From sequence record NC_041878.1: 64,000 bases of DNA; one strand, 5' to 3'. The position numbers and the translations under genes are program-made. This document shows positions 1 to 8,004 of the stretch, piece after piece. Numbering within the stretch: the first letter of the stretch is position 1; every line of letters begins with the position of its first letter. The notes below the pieces were generated by a model that was not told the origin of the DNA, made no database searches, and worked only from the letters and a program-made list of their open reading frames with translations.

Positions 1-1
1 T

Positions 2-202
2 CATGACCATATTAAACAATCTATTTCAGGATTACATTCATTTGATTTAGAATACAAAGAACATGTTTACGATGGCAGTACTGAACCCTATACAATTAGA
101 TTAGTAAAAGGTACTGGTGAATGTATCAATCAAATGATTAAATATTATCCGTGGCTTGAAATAGAAGATGAATCTGTACAGGTCGAAGATCTACATGAAT
201 AA
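2..202 (+). CDS. Hypothetical protein, 3' part (runs off window start)
   Basis: Open frame from base 2 to TAA 200-202 (HDHIKQSISG...EDLHE); overlaps next ATG at 195. Confidence 0.6.
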   Translation, partial: HDHIKQSISGLHSFDLEYKEHVYDGSTEPYTIRLVKGTGECINQMIKYYPWLEIEDESVQVEDLHE

Positions 203-458
203 GAAAGCTAAGCAACGAATAATGAATAAATTAATCGAAGCTGAACCATCATTAAGTACTGACTATAAAAGACAGAATCGTTTTAAAAAGATTATTCTGA
301 TGAGTAGTAGATGTACTGGTGACAAGATGAATGAAGAACGTATACTTAATATGTTGCTTCGTCATATTGAAAATGCAAAACAGTTTCATGCAGCAATAGC
401 AAAAAGTGCAGTTCGTGAAGAACAATACTATGGTCTGTTGTGTGGTAAACCAAATTAG
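195..458 (+). CDS. Hypothetical protein
   Basis: ORF track 168..458; coupled ATG at 195 (MNKKAKQR). Confidence 0.6.
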   Translation: MNKKAKQRIMNKLIEAEPSLSTDYKRQNRFKKIILMSSRCTGDKMNEERILNMLLRHIENAKQFHAAIAKSAVREEQYYGLLCGKPN

Positions 459-628
459 TAACAAAGAGTGTAAGGGTTAGTACTCAGTATCATATTCCCC
501 CTCTGCCATCTTCCCCCATATGTTATGGGTTCTAGTCGCAGACACAGTTAGTACTTTGTTACTCGCGATTTTCCCGAAAGGGTGACGGTGTGAATAGTGC
601 ACATCACTGCTGTACGTGACAGTACAGA
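457..628 (+). ncRNA. Putative structured small RNA upstream of tRNA-Arg
   Basis: 10-bp stem AGTAACAAAG(457-466)/CTTTGTTACT(554-563), inner CCCATA/TATGGG hairpin, then hairpins CCC-GAAA-GGG, GGTGTG/CACATC and CTGTAC/GTACAG; no ORF. Confidence 0.5.
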
Positions 629-641
629 TTTTACAATAATT

Positions 642-717
642 GTTTGTGTAGCTCAGTTGGAATTAGAGCATTTGTCTACGAAACAAAGGGTCGCAGGTTC
701 GAGTCCTGCCATGAACA
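642..717 (+). tRNA. trnR: tRNA-Arg(ACG), CCA not encoded
   Basis: Cloverleaf: GTTTGTG/CATGAAC acceptor, TTTGT-CTACGAA-ACAAA anticodon arm, GCAGG-TTCGAGT-CCTGC T arm. Confidence 0.93.
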
Positions 718-739
718 CAAAATCTAAAGGATTAATGAA

Positions 740-958
740 ATGAGTAAATTACTAGACATGGTTAAAGACAAACACGTTAAGTTTAGCCATTATAAAGAAA
801 ACGAGTTATGGTACAGTACTGAATGCGGCTTTATGTTTCCGGTTCCGGTATCTGATACAGGTAACGCAGAATTTAAAAATGAAGACAAAGCCACGTTCTT
901 CATGCGTTGGATTCGTAAACATCTAGAAATGCTTACGAAAGAACAAGAAAATGCATGA
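740..958 (+). CDS. Conserved phage hypothetical protein
   Basis: AAGGA RBS; LWYxTxxGFxFPVPxxDxGxAxF...DKAxxFMRWIRK motif recalled from many phages. Confidence 0.75.
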   Translation: MSKLLDMVKDKHVKFSHYKENELWYSTECGFMFPVPVSDTGNAEFKNEDKATFFMRWIRKHLEMLTKEQENA

Positions 959-1301
959 TGAAACTTGGAAGGATTATCCCGATAAAAGGGATTTTCCATC
1001 CGAAGACCAATGGAAGAAGGTGCACTACGTACTCAATGTTTGCCAAACGGTAGGTGTTAAGTACTGTACATCGTACTTCACATATGAGTACTTTAGAAAG
1101 TACTGCTATGTACCGGATACGGGGTTTTGTTTTAACACACAATATGTGTATTTTGACGGAATTCCCCGATACATAGATAAAGTACATTCAGAAGAATCAT
1201 TCTTTCAGCAAAGTACTGTACATGATTATCATGATCTCACATTCGAAGAAATCATGATACTCAAAGAAATCTATGAATTTATAGTAGGGGATTTTCCGTA
1301 A
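951..1301 (+). CDS. Hypothetical protein
   Basis: 116-aa ORF overlapping the previous stop. Confidence 0.65.
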   Translation: MHDETWKDYPDKRDFPSEDQWKKVHYVLNVCQTVGVKYCTSYFTYEYFRKYCYVPDTGFCFNTQYVYFDGIPRYIDKVHSEESFFQQSTVHDYHDLTFEEIMILKEIYEFIVGDFP

Positions 1302-1331
1302 GGGAAATCCCTTTTTTCGTTTAGGGATTAT

Positions 1332-1727
1332 ATGGCAAGCTTAGTACAAAAATTTAAAGCATTTACTGATATATCAAGTAATGACATTACAAGAATCTAT
1401 GATGCTCTTTACATACAAAAAATATTAGTTAAGTTTCATCCTAATTTCACATTGTATGCAGATAGAGAAGATATTCTAATACTAGATGTTCAGCAAAAAG
1501 AAGTACTAACATATATTGAATTCCATGAGAATCATATGCTTGTTAATGTATCACGAGATTTCACGGATGACGAAGTAAACAGTGCTGAAGAATTTATTTT
1601 GAAGTACGATGCAACATCAGAATGGTTGTTCCAATTAAGTACTATTCACGATTTAGGATTTATTGAGAATCGTTATATGAAGTACTTGAATAAGTTACGT
1701 GACCTTTATAGTACTGACTATGATTAA
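1332..1727 (+). CDS. Hypothetical protein
   Basis: 131-aa ORF with AGGGA RBS. Confidence 0.7.
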   Translation: MASLVQKFKAFTDISSNDITRIYDALYIQKILVKFHPNFTLYADREDILILDVQQKEVLTYIEFHENHMLVNVSRDFTDDEVNSAEEFILKYDATSEWLFQLSTIHDLGFIENRYMKYLNKLRDLYSTDYD

Positions 1728-1730
1728 AAA

Positions 1731-1759
1731 TGAAACGAAAAAATAAACTATGGTATAAT
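1731..1759 (+). promoter_or_regulatory. TGAAAC-N17-TATAAT promoter (stable-RNA class)
   Basis: TGAAAC 1731-36, 17-nt spacer ending TGG, TATAAT 1754-59, directly upstream of tRNA-Pro. Confidence 0.7.
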
Positions 1760-1780
1760 GTAGTTAGAAAATAAAAAATT

Positions 1781-1852
1781 CTCCGGTTGGGTCAATGGTT
1801 GATCGCTTGTTTTGGGAACAAGAATATGGAAGTTCGATTCTTTCACTGGAGA
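1781..1852 (+). tRNA. trnP: tRNA-Pro(TGG) copy 1, CCA not encoded
   Basis: CTCCGGT/ACTGGAG acceptor, CTTGT-TTTGGGA-ACAAG anticodon arm, TTCGATT T loop. Confidence 0.88.
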
Positions 1853-1857
1853 CAAAA

Positions 1858-1933
1858 CGGGATGTAGCTCAGTTGATAGAGTGCGTCGTTTGGGGCGATG
1901 AAGCCGCTGGTTTGAGTCCAGCCATCCCGACCA
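1858..1933 (+). tRNA. trnP: tRNA-Pro(TGG) copy 2
   Basis: CGGGATG/CATCCCG acceptor, CGTCG-TTTGGGG-CGATG anticodon arm, ends ACCA. Confidence 0.93.
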
Positions 1934-1948
1934 ATTAAGGATAACATA

Positions 1949-2266
1949 ATGAAACGTAATAGACAAATGATATTGTCCAGTACTTCAGAAACCGATATTA
2001 AAGTTACAAGAATCAACCATCGTTATCATGCAAGATTATTCGTTAACGGTATATTCTCAGATGAAATGGCTTGTGAACTGCGTTCTGATATTGGATGGAT
2101 ATGCAGAGAAATGATGCGTTGGTGCGATAAGTTAGGTGCTGGTAATAATCATACTGATAGTGCTCGACGTAGACATAATAAAGATGATGCACCTCGCGGT
2201 AAAGTACTTTATTACGGTGAAATCCAAAACAATATTGAAAAACATAAAGCAAAGAAACAAAAATAA
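1949..2266 (+). CDS. Conserved phage hypothetical protein
   Basis: 105-aa ORF with AAGGA RBS between tRNA genes. Confidence 0.7.
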   Translation: MKRNRQMILSSTSETDIKVTRINHRYHARLFVNGIFSDEMACELRSDIGWICREMMRWCDKLGAGNNHTDSARRRHNKDDAPRGKVLYYGEIQNNIEKHKAKKQK

Positions 2267-2272
2267 TTCAAT

Positions 2273-2350
2273 GGTGACTATGAGCGTAACTGGCTAACGT
2301 TGGAGATTGTGAAACTCCTGATTCGGGTTCAAGCCCCGATAGTCACACCA
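2273..2350 (+). tRNA. trnH: tRNA-His(GTG) with encoded G-1 and A73
   Basis: G then GTGACTA/TAGTCAC acceptor, TTGTGAA anticodon loop, ends ACCA. Confidence 0.9.
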
Positions 2351-2369
2351 TATTTGATAAGGAAGTACT

Positions 2370-2621
2370 GTGGCAAGTTTAGATAAAATTCTCACTAAGA
2401 TGAGACAAAATAAAAGAGATTGGTCAATGCAAAGTTTGCTCACTGTAGCTAATAAGCTTAATATACCATACTCAAATTATAAATCAAGTCATTATATTTT
2501 CAAATATGATGGTATAGTTGAAAACCTGAGTATCCCCGAAAACAAAAAAGATATTCATCCAGACTATATCACAAAGTTTCTTAGATTCGTCGATAGAGTC
2601 CAGGAATTGCAAAGCGGTTGA
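2370..2621 (+). CDS. hicA: HicA-family toxin-like protein (no adjacent HicB)
   Basis: GTG start after AAGGA; SSHYIF...LSIP...IHPDYI matches the HicA dsRBD-like GSH motif pattern; 83 aa. Confidence 0.7.
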   Translation: MASLDKILTKMRQNKRDWSMQSLLTVANKLNIPYSNYKSSHYIFKYDGIVENLSIPENKKDIHPDYITKFLRFVDRVQELQSG

Positions 2622-2635
2622 AAAACCGCTAAAAT

Positions 2636-2712
2636 GGGTCGGTAACTCAGTTGGTCAGAGTGGTACACTGAAAATGTATTGGTCGCGAGTTCGAATCTCG
2701 CCCGTCCCACCA
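2636..2712 (+). tRNA. trnF: tRNA-Phe(GAA)
   Basis: GGGTCGG/CCGTCCC acceptor (one T:T), GTACA-CTGAAAA-TGTAT anticodon arm, TTCGAAT T loop, ACCA. Confidence 0.93.
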
Positions 2713-2720
2713 AAAAGTAC

Positions 2721-2749
2721 TTGACAAGCAGTACGTTAAGTGTTATCAT
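2721..2749 (+). promoter_or_regulatory. sigma70-like promoter
   Basis: TTGACA-N17-TATCAT. Confidence 0.7.
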
Positions 2750-2783
2750 GTGCAGGTTGAATCTTAAACAGGAATTAAACTTT

Positions 2784-3227
2784 ATGTCTGGTAAAATTAA
2801 AAGTACACTGAATTTTGTTAAAAGTTGGCCTACTGAGAATCGTCGTGAGGACACGCCCTTCACGATTCTCAGCAGTACCCAAGCTGAAGCGAATGCTGAA
2901 ATCACCAAAATCATGAATGCATGGGTCAGTACTGAAACTGATTCAGACGGTAAGATTGTTTATCAATGTTATCTTAAAAGCGTAAAGACTGAAGAAATTT
3001 ACGTTGCAAAACGTGTTCCAGTAACTTCTTTTGAGAAAGTACTGACGTATGAAGAACTGTTCGAATACATTGTTGAAAACAAAGTACGTCTGGTTCCATC
3101 TCCGTTAGTTTGGGAAACCGAAAATGGTGAACCTGCAACGTTCGTAACGCACGATGTATATTTCGATAAAGAACGTTATCAGGGTATGTCGGTATACGAC
3201 TGTATTCACACCCATTTAAACAAATAA
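2784..3227 (+). CDS. Hypothetical protein
   Basis: ORF 2679..3227; start moved to ATG 2784 behind AGGA because the upstream part overlaps tRNA-Phe and the promoter. Confidence 0.7.
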   Translation: MSGKIKSTLNFVKSWPTENRREDTPFTILSSTQAEANAEITKIMNAWVSTETDSDGKIVYQCYLKSVKTEEIYVAKRVPVTSFEKVLTYEELFEYIVENKVRLVPSPLVWETENGEPATFVTHDVYFDKERYQGMSVYDCIHTHLNK

Positions 3228-3270
3228 TAAAAATAAAATGGGGATAGATATTATCCCCTAACGGAACTTT

Positions 3271-3441
3271 ATGTTTGGTTTTTTTAGGAAGATCTTTTGT
3301 GGGCATTACGTGAGTATGGAAGTTTGTAAGATCCATTACTTACCTGGCAGTACTGAATTGATTTATACCAAAGTCTGTAAAGGTTGTGGAAAGAAGTTAG
3401 GTAACAGTACAACTAAACAAGTAGGCAAATATGAAAAATAA
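3271..3441 (+). CDS. Small Cys/His protein (FCGH...CxxC)
   Basis: 56-aa ORF read by eye: MFGFFRKIFCGH...VCKGCGKK. Confidence 0.55.
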   Translation: MFGFFRKIFCGHYVSMEVCKIHYLPGSTELIYTKVCKGCGKKLGNSTTKQVGKYEK

Positions 3442-3574
3442 GCAAGTTCCTTCGTATGAACCGGATGACGGTCCATTAACTCCTGAACAAATCGAAGCAA
3501 TACGTAAGCTAAGTGGTGCTTCACATTTAACCGAAGCTGATTTTAAAAATAGTCTATTCGATGAAAAAGAATAA
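3431..3574 (+). CDS. Small hypothetical protein
   Basis: 47-aa ORF read by eye: MKNKQVPSYEPDDGPLTPEQIEAIRK. Confidence 0.55.
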   Translation: MKNKQVPSYEPDDGPLTPEQIEAIRKLSGASHLTEADFKNSLFDEKE

Positions 3575-3809
3575 AGGTCTTTCGGACTTCATTCAAAGAG
3601 CCATGAACACTCCTGATATGATTCAGCGTGGTAAGATTCATGGTACTGATTCACAAATGCATCATAATTTATCTCGTAAAGAGATAATGAAACTTCTTGA
3701 TGCTGGTGATAAAGGTACTGATACAGAAATAACTGGCAGTACTTCAGAAGAAAGAAAATCAAGTTTACGCAGTATTCTTGATGAACAAAAAAAGAAAAAA
3801 GGTACTTAG
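3561..3809 (+). CDS. Hypothetical protein
   Basis: 82-aa ORF followed by AAAGGTAC/GTACCTTT terminator. Confidence 0.6.
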   Translation: MKKNKGLSDFIQRAMNTPDMIQRGKIHGTDSQMHHNLSRKEIMKLLDAGDKGTDTEITGSTSEERKSSLRSILDEQKKKKGT

Positions 3810-3821
3810 TACCTTTTTAAT

Positions 3822-3894
3822 ACCTCGTTAACTCAGTTGGTAGAGTAACGGTCTTTTAAACCGTGAGTGGTGTGTTCGATTCACACACGAGGTA
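3822..3894 (+). tRNA. trnK: tRNA-Lys(TTT), CCA not encoded
   Basis: ACCTCGT/ACGAGGT acceptor, ACGGT-CTTTTAA-ACCGT anticodon arm, TTCGATT T loop. Confidence 0.92.
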
Positions 3895-3916
3895 CAAATT
3901 ATAAAGGATATTATTA

Positions 3917-4393
3917 ATGGAACAAATTATAGAATTTATATCAACCACTCGTGCACGATGTGCAACATTGGTAGGTATACCAGCACCGTTTCCTAGAGGT
4001 TATGGTAATGTTTTATTTTTATACAGTCCAGATGGAACTACAAGATATTATGTAGAAAACTTATCATATGAAGATTTGAGGGATGCATTAAAATTAAATC
4101 TCATTGATGAAAATATAAAAGTTATAAGTACGGTGGTCGATGCCCCTGCACATCTTTGGGGTGAAACACCATGTGAAGTGTATAAAAATGTAATTGTAGT
4201 CGATTCAAGATTACCGAAAGAATGCTTGGGAAATTACGAAGAACAATTCTTAGATTTTCTATCTAAAGATATTGATGAACATCCTGAAAACGTTCGTCCA
4301 GTATCGAAAGAGTTATGGGAACACGTTGAACAATTAGTTCAGGGTGTTGAAGTTAATTTAGACGAACCATTGGAAGATGACGATGACTTTTGA
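3917..4393 (+). CDS. Hypothetical protein, paralog of 4377..4901
   Basis: Shares FPRGxGN...NLSYEDLxDA with the next gene. Confidence 0.75.
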   Translation: MEQIIEFISTTRARCATLVGIPAPFPRGYGNVLFLYSPDGTTRYYVENLSYEDLRDALKLNLIDENIKVISTVVDAPAHLWGETPCEVYKNVIVVDSRLPKECLGNYEEQFLDFLSKDIDEHPENVRPVSKELWEHVEQLVQGVEVNLDEPLEDDDDF

Positions 4394-4901
4394 AATGACA
4401 GTAGAACAAATTCCGGTATCAATTGGTAGCTCATCCTTAGTTGGGGTTTCATCTGAATTTCCACGTGGTCATGGTAACTATATTAGTACTTTCAAACGTA
4501 GTAATGTAGCTACGACATATGAAATAGTAAATCTATCATATGAAGATTTGGTAGATGCCATTCATAAAGGTATCATCGACACTAACACAATGGAAGCTGA
4601 AGTTTATCACATTTCAGAAACCATGAAAGTTGCTTTTGTTATCGATAAACGTTTTCCTCCAATCTGCTTAACTCCTGAATGGTTTTATGGTAATCGTTCA
4701 AAAGTTAAAGTTGATATTGTGCGGCGGAAATATAATGTACCAGAATTGGTATGTTCGTGTGAATATGAAGATTCACGCAATGCAGCTATTATGTACAATT
4801 ATTTTAGCTATAATATCCCTGATTGTATTGATATGAATGGTAAATGTATCGAATGTGGAACTTCCTATCGTTTAGTAAGGAAAAAGAATTATGAAGCCTG
4901 A
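4377..4901 (+). CDS. Hypothetical protein with C-terminal Cys motif, paralog of 3917..4393
   Basis: FPRGHGN...NLSYEDLVDA; CSC...CIECG tail. Confidence 0.75.
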   Translation: MTMTFEMTVEQIPVSIGSSSLVGVSSEFPRGHGNYISTFKRSNVATTYEIVNLSYEDLVDAIHKGIIDTNTMEAEVYHISETMKVAFVIDKRFPPICLTPEWFYGNRSKVKVDIVRRKYNVPELVCSCEYEDSRNAAIMYNYFSYNIPDCIDMNGKCIECGTSYRLVRKKNYEA

Positions 4902-5019
4902 ACAATGGATAATTGATGATATGCGAGCGATGCGAGCTATCAAAGAACGCACATATGAACAACAAGCGTACCTTGATTTGCTTCAATGGTACTGCTCAGT
5001 ACTGAACGGGAAAGCATAA
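4891..5019 (+). CDS. Small hypothetical protein
   Basis: 42-aa ORF MKPEQWIIDD..., translationally coupled to both neighbours. Confidence 0.5.
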   Translation: MKPEQWIIDDMRAMRAIKERTYEQQAYLDLLQWYCSVLNGKA

Positions 5020-5333
5020 TGAGTACTAATATCGTTTTACTTATCGTTTCGGGTATGCTGGTATTTGCTGCACTTCGTGTGTACTTCGGTCATAAGAAGA
5101 TCGTCAATGAACTGTACGCCCGACTTGTTGAAGATTCAGCAACTGCTGGTACAAAGAAAAGTCCATACACTATTCGCCGCCAACATAGTTCTTATTCTGG
5201 ACGTGATTACTATTACATCTATGAAGGTGATAATGTAGTTCAGACAAAGAACTTCTACACTGCAAAAGAAGCCCAAGTATCTATGAACGAATTAGAACAA
5301 TTGGGTGGATACCAGAAGACGAAGGTGGTATAA
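5019..5333 (+). CDS. Membrane-anchored protein, KSPY family 1/4
   Basis: N-terminal TM helix, KKSPY, C-terminal NELEQLGGYQKTKV. Confidence 0.75.
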   Translation: MSTNIVLLIVSGMLVFAALRVYFGHKKIVNELYARLVEDSATAGTKKSPYTIRRQHSSYSGRDYYYIYEGDNVVQTKNFYTAKEAQVSMNELEQLGGYQKTKVV

Positions 5334-5671
5334 TGACAGACATTCAAATATTAATGTTTTGTACTATAGTGGTTAGTATCTGTGCTTGTGTAATTCATAA
5401 CAGTACTAAAACAATTGCTGCACGTTTACATTGTCGTGCAATGGGTATTGAGTATGAAGCACCAAAATCTCTACCACATAGCCCCTATGGTGTAATTCAC
5501 ACTAATGCTAATGATGGTTCATGGGGATTTTGTGTTACAAAGAATGGAGAAATTTATCGTTCAAGTAAATATGCTTCTGCTCCAGTGTATAGCAACATTA
5601 AAAGTGCTATCACTGTAATGAACACATATGAAAAACTCGAAGGGTACAAAATAACTGTACTGGAGGATTAA
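5333..5671 (+). CDS. Membrane-anchored protein, KSPY family 2/4
   Basis: TM helix, HSPYG, GSWGFCVTKNGE, NTYEKLEGYKITV. Confidence 0.75.
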   Translation: MTDIQILMFCTIVVSICACVIHNSTKTIAARLHCRAMGIEYEAPKSLPHSPYGVIHTNANDGSWGFCVTKNGEIYRSSKYASAPVYSNIKSAITVMNTYEKLEGYKITVLED

Positions 5672-5988
5672 TGACAAGTACTTTAATTATTTGCTGTACA
5701 ATAGCTTTTTGTACTATTTGTTTGATGATTTGTAATGTACGAAAAGTAACAGCTAAGGTATATGCACAAGTTGCAACATACGATGCTTTACCAAAAAGCC
5801 CGTACAGTTTAATCCGAACAAAAAGTAGTTCAGGTGGTATTGGTTATAGCATTACAAAAAATGGTGAAATAATCTATATTCCTAGTACTGATGATAAACA
5901 GTATGAAGTGTTTGGTAGTTTATCTAATGCTATTTTTCATATTAATACCCTAGAAAAAATTGAAGGTTATCGTTTAACTCAAGTTTAA
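5671..5988 (+). CDS. Membrane-anchored protein, KSPY family 3/4
   Basis: TM helix, KSPYS, GIGYSITKNGE, NTLEKIEGYRLTQV. Confidence 0.75.
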   Translation: MTSTLIICCTIAFCTICLMICNVRKVTAKVYAQVATYDALPKSPYSLIRTKSSSGGIGYSITKNGEIIYIPSTDDKQYEVFGSLSNAIFHINTLEKIEGYRLTQV

Positions 5989-5997
5989 GGTATCATC

Positions 5998-6297
5998 ATG
6001 CAAATTATTGCTAGTATTGTGATCGCTGTGATTGTTATTTGTGTTATGGTGTACATGAACAAACGTACTGCTGCTAAATTGTATGCAGATTTAGTACTGG
6101 ATATTGATAAACCTGCAAGCCCATATGGTGTATCTCGTGAAATCTCTGAAGGTGGTTCATGGGGTTACTGTATCACTAAAGATGGTGAAGTAATGTATAG
6201 TGGTTCTAAAGCTAAGGTTTTTGATTCAGTTAATGCTGCTGTACGTGAAATTAATAAACTGGAAGCAGTACAAGGATTTAGGAAAACTCGTGTCTAA
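5998..6297 (+). CDS. Membrane-anchored protein, KSPY family 4/4
   Basis: TM helix, ASPYG, GSWGYCITKDGE, NKLEAVQGFRKTRV. Confidence 0.75.
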   Translation: MQIIASIVIAVIVICVMVYMNKRTAAKLYADLVLDIDKPASPYGVSREISEGGSWGYCITKDGEVMYSGSKAKVFDSVNAAVREINKLEAVQGFRKTRV

Positions 6298-6493
6298 ATT
6301 TAAATTTGGAAAATGCCCTCAGTGTGGCTGTACTGGTATTCATGCTTGCATGGGTAAGCCTTTGAAAAAAGGGGTTGACATGTCAGAGCATTCAATGTAT
6401 AGTACTTTGGAGGAAGCAATTGACCACATAAGAAAGTCAGAAGCTAAACGAAAAGGGGAACGTAAAAATGGCCGAAATGGTAGTAGTCGTTGA
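6290..6493 (+). CDS. Small putative Zn-binding protein
   Basis: GTG at 6290 after AGGA; CPQCGCTGIHAC. Confidence 0.6.
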   Translation: MSKFKFGKCPQCGCTGIHACMGKPLKKGVDMSEHSMYSTLEEAIDHIRKSEAKRKGERKNGRNGSSR

Positions 6494-6671
6494 GCACTAT
6501 GAAACACGGTACGGCTATGAAGAAAAACGTATCTTCAAAGCGTTTACCAACATTGCTTCATTTGAAGATTATTGTATCAAAAACGGCATCCAAATTTTAA
6601 AAGGTGCTTTCGGCACTACTTATTATGACGATGATTATAGTTACATTGTAAATCACGTGGAGTGTTTATAA
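6468..6671 (+). CDS. Hypothetical protein
   Basis: 67-aa ORF with GGGGA RBS. Confidence 0.6.
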   Translation: MAEMVVVVEHYETRYGYEEKRIFKAFTNIASFEDYCIKNGIQILKGAFGTTYYDDDYSYIVNHVECL

Positions 6672-6706
6672 TGAAAGATGAATTTCCTGACTACTAAGAG
6701 AAAACA

Positions 6707-7192
6707 ATGAAATTGAATCCAAACACCGTTATTAAAAAAGGTTTTGTAGTTGACATTTTTTCGTGGGAAAACGATGCTGACGATTATAAGCATACGATCA
6801 CTACAAGTCTAACTAAAGCCCAGGCTGATTTTCTGATCAACATTGCTCGTGCATTCATTTCTCGCAATGGTTCACGGATCAACCGTAATGCAAGTGGTTT
6901 TGGTAATAATGAAATCACTCCTGAAGTTGTTGCGTTTTTGGAAGAACAAGTTGAATCACTTGGTGATGAAAAAGATTCTATTATGGAACGCTTCGACCTT
7001 GAAGGTTATGAAGAATTCGGTGATTATGAATGGTTGGATTTCCTTCACGATTACGTACTTGGTTCACCAGTACAGTACGATGATGATTTTTGTCGTGTAG
7101 TTGAAACAATTGAACTGAAAGAACTGACAGAAGATTTTGTTGTTCCTGATTTCAATCCACCGTTCAAACGCATTAGTTCAGAAACTTTGTAA
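6707..7192 (+). CDS. Acidic hypothetical protein
   Basis: 161-aa ORF; followed by AGTGCTGCA/TGCAGTACT-TTT terminator. Confidence 0.7.
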   Translation: MKLNPNTVIKKGFVVDIFSWENDADDYKHTITTSLTKAQADFLINIARAFISRNGSRINRNASGFGNNEITPEVVAFLEEQVESLGDEKDSIMERFDLEGYEEFGDYEWLDFLHDYVLGSPVQYDDDFCRVVETIELKELTEDFVVPDFNPPFKRISSETL

Positions 7193-7232
7193 TTTCTATA
7201 GTGCTGCATTATGCAGTACTTTTAATTAAGAG

Positions 7233-7511
7233 ATGGAACACATCATGTATACACCATTGTCTGAAGAACAGATCCAGAAAGTTAAGAAGTATAATGTAGA
7301 TTCTGATTATGAAGCATATAAACGTGCTCAATCGATGATTGGTTGTAAAGTAATTAAAAGTTCCAAACGCCCTTTTAAAAGTACTTTAATTGTTAACACA
7401 TGTAAAGGTGTTATTCGTAATCCATATACAAATCTTTGGGGAATAAAGTTCGAAGAAGATGATAGTATTGTGGATGTTAAACAAGTGAAAATTTACACTG
7501 AGACTGAATAA
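7233..7511 (+). CDS. Hypothetical protein
   Basis: 92-aa ORF. Confidence 0.65.
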   Translation: MEHIMYTPLSEEQIQKVKKYNVDSDYEAYKRAQSMIGCKVIKSSKRPFKSTLIVNTCKGVIRNPYTNLWGIKFEEDDSIVDVKQVKIYTETE

Positions 7512-7957
7512 TGAAAAAACTTCTGTTAGTACTTGCAATTTTTACCCTGATTGGTTGTGATCCTTATCCTGCACAATCTGCACAACCAGAATCATCTCAA
7601 CCAAGTGAAAGCACTGCTGCAAATACTGAAGCGGCTCAGGTTGAAACTGAGGTTGATGTAGAAGAAGACACTGATGACAATGTTATTCAGATAGCACCTC
7701 AAACTAAAGAGCAAAAGAAAGAAGCGAAACGTGTTGATTATAAAGCACAAGAAAACATTCGTGTATCTGACAAAGAAGTTATTGTGTCCAAAGGTCGCAA
7801 TGATAACGTACAAACCGTAAAACGTGTTGAAGATAAAGACGCTGTTTGTTGGGTCGTTATGAACACACATGAATGGTCTGGTTCTATTAGTTGTATCCCA
7901 CGTGCACAACTTGCACCATCACAATCAACTGAACCTGCACCAGTAGCACAACAATAA
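7511..7957 (+). CDS. Lipoprotein
   Basis: MKK + hydrophobic core + LIGC lipobox; disordered linker; C-terminal VCW...ISC domain. Confidence 0.75.
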   Translation: MKKLLLVLAIFTLIGCDPYPAQSAQPESSQPSESTAANTEAAQVETEVDVEEDTDDNVIQIAPQTKEQKKEAKRVDYKAQENIRVSDKEVIVSKGRNDNVQTVKRVEDKDAVCWVVMNTHEWSGSISCIPRAQLAPSQSTEPAPVAQQ

Positions 7958-7961
7958 TCCA

Positions 7962-8004
7962 AAAGTACTCCTAAATAATTAGCATATACAAATAGGAGTA
8001 CTTT
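7962..8004 (+). promoter_or_regulatory. 12-bp hairpin sequestering an RBS, with TAAATA late-promoter core
   Basis: AAAGTACTCCTA(7962-73)/TAGGAGTACTTT(7993-8004); TAAATA 7972-77; ATG at 8005. Confidence 0.55.
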
